Positions 25,265 through 37,800 of a stretch of 64,000 nt of DNA are shown piece by piece; position 1 is the stretch's first letter, and every line of letters starts with the position of its first letter. The notes below the pieces were generated by a model, which saw only the letters and a program-made list of their open reading frames with translations, made no database searches and was not told the origin of the DNA. The DNA comes from Cycas panzhihuaensis (taxonomy: Eukaryota > Plantae > Cycadophyta), in NCBI GenBank assembly GCA_023213395.1, contig CM041465.1:107453741-107517740 (forward strand). The letters run 5' to 3'. The position numbers were made by a program, and so were the translations under genes.

Positions 25265-27203
25265 ATGGCTTCTGAAATAGTGTTCTTGGCTGCTCTGGTA
25301 ATCTGTGCGGCATCCGTTCAAGTGATCAAGAGCGAAACGGTCCTGCGCGGGGATCACAATGCAGCTATCAAATCTGCCTGTGGTGGGACTCTGTATCCGG
25401 ATCTCTGCATTTCCACGGTCTCCGTGCACCCGTTATTGATGCAGGGGGCAAGTTCCAAGGATTTTAGTAGAATTGCTCTGAAACGGAGCACGACGGAAGC
25501 AGAAAAGGTCTTTGGTCTCGTTTCCCGTCTTCGTCGATGGGCGGCGTTGAACAGAGTGCAGCGCGGTGCCATCGAAGATTGCATAGAGCTGTTCGATCTG
25601 ACGCTGGACGATCTCGACAAATCTCTGTCAAATGTGACGAACTCGGGCGCCACATACTTCAAATGGCGTCAGGCAGCCGACGTGCAGACATGGCTCAGCG
25701 CCGCTCTCACAAACCAGGCTACCTGCCTCGACGGACTCGAAAACGCCGGCGGCAGCACAATCGTCAAATCAGTTGTCAGGAGCAGCGTTCATAACGTGTC
25801 ACGGTTGGTCAGTAATTCTCTTGCCATTGTGAAGAACGTGTCCGTCGTGGGAAATAACGGTACGTCGCCTCTCATCGACAGCAGGAGGCCGGGCCACAAC
25901 CGCCGACTCTTATCGGATCCGTCGACCGATCGCAAATATAAGATGAAGTCCCATAAAGTTATGGACGATGAAGTATTCATGTCGCATTATGGATCTACGG
26001 ACGAAGGCGTTCCTTCGTGGCTGTCTGCTGCAGATCGAAGGCTTCTCCTAACCACGGGTGACGATAGCATCGAAGCCGACTCTGTAGTGACCGTGGCAAA
26101 GGACGGCAGTGGGAATTACACGACCATTACAGACGCAATCAATGCGGCTCCAAACAAGAGTGATGACAGATATGTCATCTATGTCACTGCGGGCGTCTAT
26201 CAGGAATACATAGAAATTCCCAAGAGCAAGACGAATCTCATGCTGATCGGAGACGGCATGGACGTTACGGTGATCACCGGGAACAGAAGCGTTGTCGATG
26301 GCTGGACCACATTCCGCTCTGCAACTTTCGGTACGCTGCTCTGACATTTATTAGTTAATATCTTTCTCGTTAATTGACATTTGCCTGCAAAAATATTCTA
26401 CCTCCGGGTTCGCAGCTCTAGGCGTCTCGGTCCGCGTATTGATGCACCGTCTCCGGTCTCCGCTTACGTTTTCCTTAGTTATGATTAAATATTATACTGT
26501 TTGAATGCAGCGGCTGTGGGGCAAGGATTTCTGGCACGCGATATAACCTTCGAGAACACGGCGGGTCCCGAGAAGCATCAGGCGGTGGCGCTACGAGTGG
26601 GGTCGGATCTATCGGCGTTCTATCGTTGCAGAATCAAGGGATACCAAGACACGCTTTATGTCCACTCTCTTCGCCAATTTTACAGGGAATGCACAATTTC
26701 TGGGACGGTAGATTTCATATTCGGGAACGCTGCAGTGGTGTTTCAGAGCTGCACACTTCTAGCCAGAAAACCCATGGATAATCAAAAGAACGTCTTCACG
26801 GCTCAAGGTAGAGACGATCCGAATCAAAACACCGGAATTTCCATTCAAAACTGCACCGTCACTGCGGATTCTGATTTAATTCCGGTGAAGAGCTCCTTCC
26901 CTACTTACCTCGGCAGGCCTTGGAAGCAGTACTCGCACCGTTTACATGCAGTCTTATATAGACGATTTGATCGTTCCTGCTGGTTGGCTTGAATGGTCCG
27001 GAGATTTCGCACTGAGCACGTTGTATTACGGTGAATATATGAACTCAGGGCCGGGGGCAGGAACTGCAAATCGAGTTGTATGGCCTGGCTATCACGGCGC
27101 CATGAACATTTCTGACGCTACAAATTTCACCGTTGCGGAATTCATCTCCGGGAATTCATGGCTGACATCCTCAAGCGTGCCCTACGATGCGGGTTTTAAT
27201 TAA
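25265..27203 (+). pseudogene. PME: Pectin methylesterase with PMEI pro-domain, copy 1, frameshifted in exon 2 (pseudogene or consensus error). Exon 1 25265-26330, intron 26331-26510, exon 2 26511-27203.
   Basis: Same coding sequence as copy 2 except three synonymous changes, a 2-bp CT loss at ~26933 (tactcgc vs tactctcgc) that gives a premature TGA ending at 26992, and one T fewer before the stop. Confidence 0.85.
26331..26510 (+). other. Phase-1 GT-AG intron (180 bp) of PME copy 1
   Basis: TTCG|gtacgc...ttgaatgcag|CGGCT. Splicing restores [15 protein letters not shown] at the usual plant PME intron position. Confidence 0.92.
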
Positions 27204-27283
27204 TTAATAATTATAATTAATTAGTGTGTAATATTATTTTGTTTCCACGCATAAATTTGTTGATGTATCGTTTCTTTCAAAGC

Positions 27284-27289
27284 AATAAA
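27284..27289 (+). terminator. Candidate polyadenylation signal of PME copy 1 (copy 2 equivalent 52596-52601)
   Basis: AATAAA ~80 bp after the ancestral stop, in a T-rich 3' UTR. Confidence 0.35.
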
Positions 27290-29597
27290 ACATTCAGCTA
27301 TCACCAGCGCTCAAGGAAAGCAGAGCAAGGGAAATAGGCTGATATTTTCCTTCAACCGTTCGACAACTGTATGAGTTTTCATATTTTTGGTGCTTTGTAT
27401 ATTTTAACTTTTATTATGTTGTAAATAAATTTTAACCCCTTCTCAATAGACTCATTAAGAACGCTATGCAATGTGAACAGTAATGGGGATGGGAGACTAG
27501 TACTCTTGTGCGTCTATCCCGTTTCTCTTGCAGAAGACCTCTATGAGCTAAACGAGTGCGTAGTGGGTCTAGGAGAATTAGTCAAATACCAGTTATCCAA
27601 ACCCAAACAAAGAAGGTGACCCTACTTTAATTAAAGAAAGGATTCTTAATGTGAAATTGAAGATACTTATGCAAAAACAAAGTAATAAAATACATCTTAT
27701 ATATAGACAATAATAAAATTGGGTTACACGTTCATAGTAGTGGTCTTGCACTACCATTGATCACGATCTTAATTGTGCTATGTGGAAGAAAATTGCATGT
27801 CACAATATTTTAAGGTCAATCCATTGAAGAAACCTATATGAGACGAGTTCTAAGATATTAGACATCATTTCCAACACACATAGAAAAAGAAAGGAACAAA
27901 GTTTTTTTACTAGACTATTTGATAATGATGTTGACTTCAAATATTAATATATAAGAGGTATTTCAATATAGAATGTACTTATCTCAAGAATTTTAGCTTA
28001 TAATATGTTTGTTTCAAAATGAGTATAAGAATCCTTGATCATGAAATGCATTAATTTGTGACACTTTAAGCAAAATTAGGCAAGGCAATATAAATTTATA
28101 TGATTATTTAATTTTATAGAATACTGTAATAATCTCTTCAAATACAATATATAAGCAATTTGTATTGTAAGGCCTAACATCTTCTTTGTTTCAAAAATAA
28201 TGTTATAGGTAGCTATATATATGTAATTTGTGGTGTAACCTATTTGGGCCTGGATTAATGTGACATTTTATTTCATAATCAAAACCTTCATGAGTCTTTT
28301 TTAATTGCATTTTTATACATGTCATCAATATCAAAGAATTTGCATGCATGTTAAATATAAATATATTTGAAGTTGCAATAAAACTATAACCATTAAGTTG
28401 TGCTTGTTCTCACTACGGGTATTTGATATGATTTTCATTAATAATATTCTAACCTTTAATCCAAAGGTGGCACATGCATAAGGTAAAGCCATTCAATATT
28501 AATCATGTTCATTTTTGGAAGGATAGATCATGTGAATCTAAATTTATGCCTAAATAATTAATTCATTATTTTTTGCCTAATGTCTAATCATTCTATCACA
28601 TGCTTATGTAGCCTCTACCATGATTTTCCTATTACATAGCATTTAATACTCAAAATTTTCCTTAACCAAAAGCTATAGTGTACCCTCCACCATTCCTCTT
28701 ATATTACAAAAACGAGAGCAAGGATAAAATGGAAATATAATATTCTTCTTAATTTGTATTGATTGCTTACATTTTAACAAGGTAACCATGGAGGCACTTG
28801 AAAATCTAATATGAATTAATTTCTTAATAATGTAATAGTTTATTTGTACAAAACCTTTAATTTTTAAAATATCATCTTATTCTATAATACAACAAATTCT
28901 CATCTATAAAACATTGTAATGTGACAAATATACTAATAATTTTTACATAATGTGTATAAAATTCTAAATGAGGACATTACTAGTGCTTCTATATCAATCT
29001 AGGTAGCAAATGGTGAGTAGATTTAGTGACATATATTTATTTGTAATTTTTGATAAGCTTAAATGTGTGTGACCCTTAAGAGGGGTAAGTATTCATAGAT
29101 AGGAACAAGTACTAGTCTAAAAATATTAAAAAAAAGAAAATCAAAAGATAAAAAAATAAAAATATATATCAAAAGCTTTCTTTTTCTAATAGATATTTTA
29201 TATAGGTAGAAAGATATAGGTCATGCCAATATAATCAACTTCACTCACCTTGTTTGTTTTTCTTTCTATTACAACCATCTTTATCCATGTCTAAATAACT
29301 CAACCAACATCTTAAGTAGTCCAAGTTCTTAGATAACTTAGTATTGGCAAGGTTAGCAACATTTACCATCCTACTTCAATCCATCCACAGAGCTTATATT
29401 GACAAAGGAAACAACATGTTATTAAGTAGATCAACTTAATTATGGAGTAAACAACATGTTATTTAATATATATTTCAAAGATGTTTGATTAATTGTCATA
29501 AGTTATAACTTATCCACAAAAACATTGATTGTATTGAGAATGTAATGTTGTTTAGTGGTTACATTATGGTAAAATTATTAGAATTATTCTATCAAGT

Positions 29598-32020
29598 TTG
29601 TTTTTTTTAATAAGTAAAAATAGATATCATTGAATTATAAGCTCAAATACAATATAAGGAGCTAGAGAGTCCAGAGATTAAATTTGTATACTTACTCAAT
29701 CTTTAATATGCATAGCACTTAAGATAGCAAAATCTGAATATAATTTTTTTTAGCTTTTTGTGAAGAGAAGTGAAGTGAGAATTGTGAGATACCCATAGCA
29801 AAATGTCTTTCTTTATATGTCCAAAAGTTTGATTAAAAGACATGACTATTTTTAAAAATAAGTTATACGAATTTTTTAAATTTTATGCAAAATAGTCTTA
29901 AGAAGAATAAACCAAAGGTCTATTAAGTGCCAATGAGTCACAAACTAAACATAAGTCATAGCCTAATTCCCTTTGATTAACTAAGAATGAAAAGGCAAGT
30001 GGCCATTATAAATTTTAGTGAAGCTTTGGTCCAAATTGAAGATCTGAAAAGTAATATACCAAATGTTTTGGAGTGGAGGCAATGCTACTAGATGTGATTG
30101 AAACTATTGTTCTGAACACTGCATACTACACAGTACTATTGACAACTCACATTTCATTGATCTTAAGTATCCTATAAGATAAAAGCCTTATGCAAGATCC
30201 TTTAGTGAAATACATTATATTTGGGTTGAGCTTGTTTCTACCATATCCATCACCATTCAACTTGAGGCTAAGCATGATGAAATTATTGATTATGTAACAA
30301 GTAATAAAATTTTGTGGACTTGAACACACAACCCCTAGATAGAAACCTTAATCCTTCCTCCTTCTCTAAGTCCTTTGAGGCAATTAGAGGATCAACTTGC
30401 TACATAAAAGAATTAAGTTTATTTGTCATATGTAGAAGTAAAGGTTTGGGCTGAGGGTTGGGCTCTATTAAAAGTTCAACAAAATTCTTCTAATAGAACT
30501 AATCAAAATCATAGAATTGGACCATAGTAAACTAATTGTGAGAGCTAAAGAATTAAACTAAAGGAGCGAAATCCTCATAACTGACTAAAGGGGAGAACCT
30601 TGGAGGTAACCACTTATCATTCCAAAAATTGACTTGATAGCCAGTTGAACTAAGAAAAAATATAGTATTGTAGTAGATGTTATCCCAAGCTGCCACTATA
30701 TGATTCTAAATAGAAGATCCTTTGTTGAGGTAGTAGTAGCAAGATGATGTTTAGCAGAATGTATAAAATAATACTTCCTCCTAATAATGTGGGCCCATTT
30801 GCCATTCTCTCTATTCCATAGGTCCCACAACTATTTAACACCTCTTACCTTGCCATGATAAAAGGGTCTTTGAGACTAAGGCCATCTCAACCCTTATGAT
30901 TTGACACCATGCTCCATTTCACTAGGTGAAAGGTCTTCAAGTCAGTTGACCATGGTTTCTAAAGAAATCTTATAAAAAGACTTCATATTAGTGATAATAC
31001 AACTTTGGGAGCTTGAATAATGGATATAAGATAGTTTGGTATTTAGGAAAGGGTTGATTCTATTAAACTCTGATGACTTGCTAGATTAAGGGATCTAGTA
31101 GGCTAAGTATCTAGATTCTTTTTATTATTCAAAATTAGGGGCACCAGTCAGAAATTTTTAATCTTGACATGTCCATAGGGATGACTAAGTATGTGAAAAT
31201 AATGGATCTAGGAGCAATAGGAATGCTAAGAGATGACGTCAAATTAGATTGCATCCTTATGTCTACTTCATTGAAAATAATACTAGATTTACTTTGATTG
31301 ATTATCATCCCTACTACAAAGCCAAAAACACTAAGCACTTAGCTCCAGACATTGATTTCTATATGCAAAGGGTGGCCCAACAAAATGGTATCATTTGTGA
31401 AAATATGGTGTGTTATGATCTTTGATCCATCAATAAACGTTTCTTGGAGAAGACCTATTGATTGGAGCCATAAAAGAAGAGAAGAGATGTCTTCCATTTT
31501 AATTACAAAAAGATAAGGCAATAAGGGGCAACCTTGGTAAATGCCTCTATTTGTGTAGATAAGGCTATCAATTGAGCCATTAATTTTTATAGTCGTTGAA
31601 ACTGAAGAGATCATGGCTTTAATCTAGTTAATATGGTCTGATTGAAAGCCCTTTTAGAAAATAATGATAAGAAGAAAATCCTATTCCACTATGTCATAGG
31701 CTTTATTGATGTCCAATTTGAGTAAAGTAACTTGTTGTGTTTTTGTACAAATAGTATGGAAATCCTCAACGATCATATTTATACTACTTGCTATACAATA
31801 ACCTCTTATAAAGGTAGTTTGATTTTTATTAACAACCTGAGGAAGGAACTCTTTGAGCCGATTTACTAGAATTTTGGTTATTATCCTATATGAAGTGTTA
31901 TAAAGGCTTATAGGTCTCTATTGGTGGATGGTGGATGGAGTACCACTTTTTAGGATTAAAGAAACCATAGTTGCATTGATAACTGGGTTCATTCTATATA
32001 TTTGAAGTTTATGACTATGT
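29598..32020 (-). mobile_element. Degenerate L1-type LINE, unit 2 copy
   Basis: ORFs 31339-31614 (RGIYQGCPLLPYLF...THHIFTNDTILLG, a decayed FADD motif), 31135-31338 (GMIINQSKSSIIF...TYLVIP) and 30147-30329 (LKLNGDG). Confidence 0.85.
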
Positions 32021-32027
32021 AAGTATC

Positions 32028-32489
32028 GTTAAACATATGTAAATATTCATTAGTTATTGTAAAGTTATTAGAAGGTTTATAAGTTCTTATATATGATATA
32101 ATTGGATGAGGTAAGGTGCAATATTATTGATTCACAATGAAGTAACATATTTTATAAAATGGCAAAGCATATTCATAAATAGTTATATAGACACCTAGTT
32201 TTTCTAGGTAGATATTAGTGTGATCTCATCATGAGATTCTTTGATCATCAAGATTATCATGGATATCATTTGATATTAATAAGACCCCATACATGTTAGA
32301 AAATAAATTTTTCCATAAAGGTTTTTCACTAATGCATATTTTAATATTAATTGCTTAATTAATATTTTATTATTCATTATTAATAATTATTATATCAATA
32401 TTTTATCTAATCCATGATCCTATAATATATATATTTTCAAACGTGTTATTAGAATGGTTTTGGTCCATTTCTGAACATGGTATCAAAGC
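32028..32489 (+). mobile_element. Decayed LTR plus PBS, unit 2 copy
   Basis: AACA followed by TGGTATCAAAGC at 32478-32489. Duplicate of 13419-13881. Confidence 0.5.
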
Positions 32490-33758
32490 TATGTTAGTGT
32501 GATCCTATGATAATTTCTTGATTGTTTTTTATATTGAAATTTTAAAAAAATGAAGTAATTTATTTATAATCGATTATTTAGTTATGATCATAATGATCAA
32601 CCTATTAACAAAAATGTTGATTGAAATATGTACTAAAAATGAGAGAAAGGTTAATTGATTACATTCTAAAAAAATGATTGATGTTATATGATTAATCTAT
32701 TTTATGTAATTATTGATCAACTTTATATCTAATATATGAACCAAAACAGGTTATAATTAAGATTTGTAGGCCCTATAAAAACATATTTTTATGTTTAGTG
32801 TCAATTTCATGCGTAATATTAATATCAAGGTTTAATGCTCTTTTTCTTTTGTAAACTATATTTATATATCAAGATAAAATAATTATTCTTAATACACATA
32901 CATACATAAGCATTGCAATGTATATTCTAAATTATATTACCTGCATCAATAATAATCAAATAATTAAAAAATTAGTCAAAATTATTTTTAGATTATTCAC
33001 ACTTATATAGTTTATCGCATAAAAATATAAAAGTGTGGCAATGTTCTAATATTTGTGTGTTATTATTTACTACTTTCTTATTAAATTATTATCACCCATT
33101 TGAAATATTATTTCTGTTATATGACTACATCTTATTAGCGGAATGGAGCACTAATAAGTGGTAAACCACGAGGCTGTTAAGTATTAATGTCAACCATTAA
33201 ACTTTGTACACAGGTTATTAAGATCTCTAATGAAATAGAAGGCTATTTAGTCCATTAATAAAATTATTTAGAGAAAGACCTTATTTTATCTATTTAAGAA
33301 TCATGGATTGTAGTAAGAGGTTATTGTGTATTTTTCTCCCTTGATATATTATACTTTGATACTCCTTTTGGTGTCCCTTTAGTATCCATTGAGTCCATTA
33401 TAAGTTTATTTTATAATCTAATTCATAATTTAATAAAATGTTACCTTTGCTCTCTTTATTTTTTATTATCATTTCAATGCGTGAGGAGAATTATTGCAAA
33501 GACACACCCCGGTATTAAAGCAAGGTGCCAAATCTAGTTAAAATAGCTAACATATCAAAGGAAGCAGTAGATAAAATAAAAAATATTACTTTTCCTTAGT
33601 GAATCTCATGAAACCCTTCTTTTCTATTTATTTTGTTTTGTTATGGTCTTGAATGGTCAAATGTAAGTGGGTAATGGAAATCAAGTCTCACTCATCCCTT
33701 CCCCTAGTCGTTAGGTAGAGACCTTATGCCAAGTGTCTTTAAACTTTATGAGGATCTA

Positions 33759-34805
33759 TGATCCCAAAAGAGCTTAGTTGGTGAAGAAATCAATTATCAA
33801 CCTTTCCTCCTTGAGATCCTGGGAGTTAGTGTAGAAAGCTCAATAACATCAAAACAACAATGAGCCCATGAAAGGAAAATTCTACACCAAATCAATTATT
33901 CTTGACATTGATCCAAAAGTATGATGAGTAATACTTTTATTAAACCATGAAAATCTCCATTTAATGGTGGAGAAATCAACTAGCAAAAGAATGGTAAAAT
34001 TACAAGGAGTAAATGTTACAATTATACCATAAGGGGATTCAACCCTCAAATGCTTCTCCAAGGATGCTTCCCAAGTCAAGTCTCCAAGAACCACCTCTCC
34101 AACCTATAGAAGGGCTCAATTTATAGAAAGAAACCTGAATTGCATGTTTAACAAGTGGCAATCATGCAAGTATAACCACTAACCTCCAGAATGCATGTTG
34201 TCCAAGTGGCCTTCATACAATTCTTAAAAAGTTACAGTTTGTAACAGATCTTAACGTACTCCAATTTGGCTCAAATTTGGTACACGTATAGGAACATATG
34301 TCCCCTCAGCTTCCTCAAATTTTCAGCTCATTTGGATGTCATTTGACTGCATTTTTATTCATTTAGTAATAATATGTATTTGCTATTTTTCTCATTGTCC
34401 CAAGTGGCCTTCATACAATTCATAAAAGTTGCGACTCGACCTTAACGGACTCCACTTTAGCTCAAATTTTGTACACGTATAGGAACTATGTATCCTCCGC
34501 TTCCTCAAAATTTTAGCTCATTTTGATGTCATTTGGCCATGTTTCTATTCATATAATCAAAATATATATTTTCTGCTTTTTTTTACGCTAACGTGGGATT
34601 AATTTTTATGCAAAGACAAGGCTTGAACTCTAATCAAATGATATTTTCTGAACCCCACCTTTTGTACACATCTAGTGAGATGTGTCTTATCCCTTTAAAC
34701 AAAATTTCATAGAGTTTTGATACCATTTGGCCATATCTCTTTTAGTTATGCCAATGCCTAGCATTTTCCGCATCCTCAGAACATATGGTAGATCCTCCCG
34801 GATCA
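33759..34805 (-). repeat. 3' LTR (1047 bp)
   Basis: Direct repeat of 39408-40455 with TG...CA ends and a 6-bp terminal inverted repeat. Confidence 0.96.
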
Positions 34806-34822
34806 TGGCTCCCCTTCCTTGG
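34806..34822 (-). other. Polypurine tract
   Basis: Minus strand CCAAGGAAGGGGAGCCA immediately precedes the 3' LTR. Confidence 0.85.
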
Positions 34823-34849
34823 AAAATAGCCAACTCTGTTTGGCTTAGA

Positions 34850-37800
34850 ATTGGAGATGGGGAATTGTTGTTCTCCTTGTTGCCTAATAAACCACTTGGC
34901 CTTACTAGGCAATTGCCTGCTACTCCAATCCTGAAGGATTCATGTGTCTTATGTCTTGTTTTGGTGGATTTTCTCTCAAAGATACAATCTTCCTTGAGAG
35001 GCTCATCACTTTCCAAATACAAGTCATCAAACGAATGTAAAGTGAACTAGTCCTGCTCCTCATCTAACATGGAAGGATCAAAGAGTTTTAAGTATTCATC
35101 ATTTACTACTGAATATATTTGCATATAAGGTGGAAGATCAAGTTTGGAAAGCATTGCCACCTACTTTTCTCAAAATCTTGAATGGTCCATACCTTATAGG
35201 TTTGAGTTTCTTACCTTATCATTTTAACCTCTCCTTACTTAAGTATAACCATACTAAATCTCCTTCTTGGAAAGTACACTCTTGCCTATGCTTGTCATGT
35301 CTTTCCTTGTACTTTTGTTGAGTCCTTAGAAGTTGATCATGTACTTCTTTGTGGACACTCTGGATCTTCCCCAAGTATCTTAAAGCCTTGTCATACTCCA
35401 CCTTCTCTTTGCGGATCCTTCCTTAGCTTGCATGGAAAACTCCAAGTCAAATGGACTTTGAGGTAAGTATCCCAAACAAACTTCAAAAGGTACTTTAGAG
35501 TGTGATGCATGCATTGCTCTATTAAAAGCAAATTGTAGAAAAGCCAATGATTCATCCCAAGTCTTTGGATGCTTGGAATTGTATCCCCTCAATAGATGTA
35601 CCAAAGTTCTATTCACTACTTCGGTTTGTCCACCTGTTTGAGGATGGAAACTTACTCCTCTTCAATTTGGTATCCATCATCTCCCATAGTGACTTCCAAA
35701 ATGATGAAAGGAATCGAGTGTCTCGATCTGAAATGATGGAAGAAGGCAAGCCAAAATTCTTCCATACATGCTCGAAGAATAACTCAGCTGCTCCTATACC
35801 TGTGATTGTCTTCTTGCAAGGTATTAGACATATCATTTTACTAAACCTATCTACAACAACAAAAAGATAATCATGTCCCTTCCTAGTCATGGGAAGTCCC
35901 CTAAAAATCAATGGAGATACTTTCCCAAGGCCTAGTGGGAATAGGTAGTGGTGTATACAATCCTAATTTTCTAGGAGAAGGCTTAGAAGTATTACACATT
36001 ACACATCCTTTTACATATTTTTTTACATCATTTTGCATTTTTGGCCATACAACATATCTTCGCAAGTTTGCTAAAGTCTTCTCTATACCAAAGTGACCCT
36101 ACTTTAGAAGTATGGGCTTCTCTAAGCCACTTGATCTTGTCTCCTTTTGATGGAACATAGAGTCGCTCCCCTTTGAAAAGTAGACCATCCTTCCAAGTAA
36201 GTGGGAAGGTCTTCCTTCGCTAGGTTCTCTAATTCTTCCTTCAAAGCTTCATCTTCATGGTACAAGTCTTTGTACTCTTCATGATGCATTGATTCCACTG
36301 CAAACTCATAAGAGAACTACAAACAAAAGTAGAAGAAGAAGTGGAACAAGGTGGTCTAGATAACATATCACAATTTTGTTATTAGATCCTTTTATACTTA
36401 ATTACAATATTGAATTGTTGTAAATAACTCATCCACTTCATGTGTCTTGCTTCTTTGTAATTTACTTTGAGTTTGTAAAAATTGAAGAGGCTTATGATCG
36501 GTATGAACTACAACCTCTTTTCAGAGCAAGTATGACCTCCAATGCTTGCATGCTTGATGAAGTCGAACATTTCTCGATCATATGTTGGGTAGTTCTTCAC
36601 TTGAGGGTGAAGACTTCGAATGGTACTAATAGGCTTCCCATCTTGAATAAGGACTCCCATCACATTTACACTTGCATCGACTTCTACTTCAAAAGGCCTT
36701 TGCAAATTTGGCATTGCCAAACCTATTGCTTCACAAATTTTCTTCTTTAAAAGAAGAAAGGCTTCTTCCTCCTTGGAACCCCAAGTAAACTTTCTACTAG
36801 ATTTTGTCAATCCATGTAGAGGTCCGCAACTGTGAGAAATGAAGAATGAACTTTCTCAACTATTGACAAGCTCTAAAAACTTCTCACCTCTGTGATGTTT
36901 GTTGGCCTAGGCCATTTCAGGATGGCTTGAGTCTTGAGTGGATCAATGCTCAACTTTCCTCCTCCAACCATAAAGCCTAAGAAGATTAAGTTCTTCTTGA
37001 CAAATTCACACTTCTTCACATTAAACTTCAAATGATGCTTAGCCATAGTCTTTAAAACTTCTTCTATGTGCTGCAAATGTTCCTCCCATGTGTTGCTGAA
37101 AATCAAAATGTCATCAAGATAGACAACAACAAAATTATCCAAGTAAGGCCTTAATATTTCATTCATTAGCCTCATGAATGTTGCAGGAGTATTACACAAT
37201 CTGAAAGGCATAACCATCCATTCAAAGAGTCCTTGCTTTGTTTTGAAGGTCGTCTTCCATGTGTCCTCCTCCTTGACCCTAACTTGGTGATAACCACTTT
37301 TTAAATCCAATTTAGTGAAATAACAAGCATCTTTGAATTTGATCAAGAAAATCATCTATCTGAGGCAAAGGGTAGCGATTTTTAATTGTAATTTTATTCA
37401 AAGCACGAAAATCTATACACATTCTCCATCCTCCATCCTTCTTAGGCACCAAGACAATTGGTGACCCACAAGGTGAACATGAAGGTCTTATGACCCCTTG
37501 ATCAAGCAACTCCTCAACTTGCCTCTTTATCTCATTATTTTCTACAATGGAGTGCCTATACAAAGTAACATTAGGTAATGGTGCATCTCCTACAAGAGTG
37601 ATTTCATGCTCTATCTTTCTCTTTGGTGGAAGCCCATCAACATGTTGAAATAGAATATCATACCTTGTCTTTAACTCCTCAATTTGTTGCATTTGTTTAG
37701 GTGATATAAGCGAGTGTGAGTAGAAGGACCTTCTTCATCTCTTGGCTCTTCTTTTCTCCTTACCATTAAGATGACAAATTTACCACATGCATTGATCATC

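Larger units (their letters stand above)
10825..29411 (+). repeat. Tandem segmental duplication, unit 1 (~18.6 kb)
   Basis: Collinear with 29424-54720. Starts aagtagatcaactt (10825 = 29424) and ends cttatattgacaaaggaaa (29411 = 54720). The ORF track repeats at offsets of ~18.6 kb and then ~25.3 kb. Confidence 0.97.

Noticed and set aside
25159-25275. Out-of-frame upstream ATG ORF overlapping the PME start
   Set aside because: The ATG is only ~16 nt after the TATA box, probably upstream of the transcription start. It cannot be supported without TSS data.
25265-26344. 359-aa ORF as a complete stand-alone protein, and 26501/51810 as separate genes
   Set aside because: These are exon 1 reading into the intron and exon 2. 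GT-AG splicing joins them into one PME.
25354-26347. Antisense and alternative-frame ORFs over PME exon 1 (also 50663-51656)
   Set aside because: Shadow ORFs expected in GC-rich coding DNA, with no recognisable domains.
27900-29411. Possible very decayed minus-strand DNA transposase remnant, continuing at 54720-55380
   Set aside because: Only faint motif resemblance across many stops and frameshifts. Needs a tBLASTn/HMM search.
33752-33764. Target sequence GGATCTA resembles the LTR end GGATCA
   Set aside because: A 5-bp similarity at a single insertion is compatible with chance.
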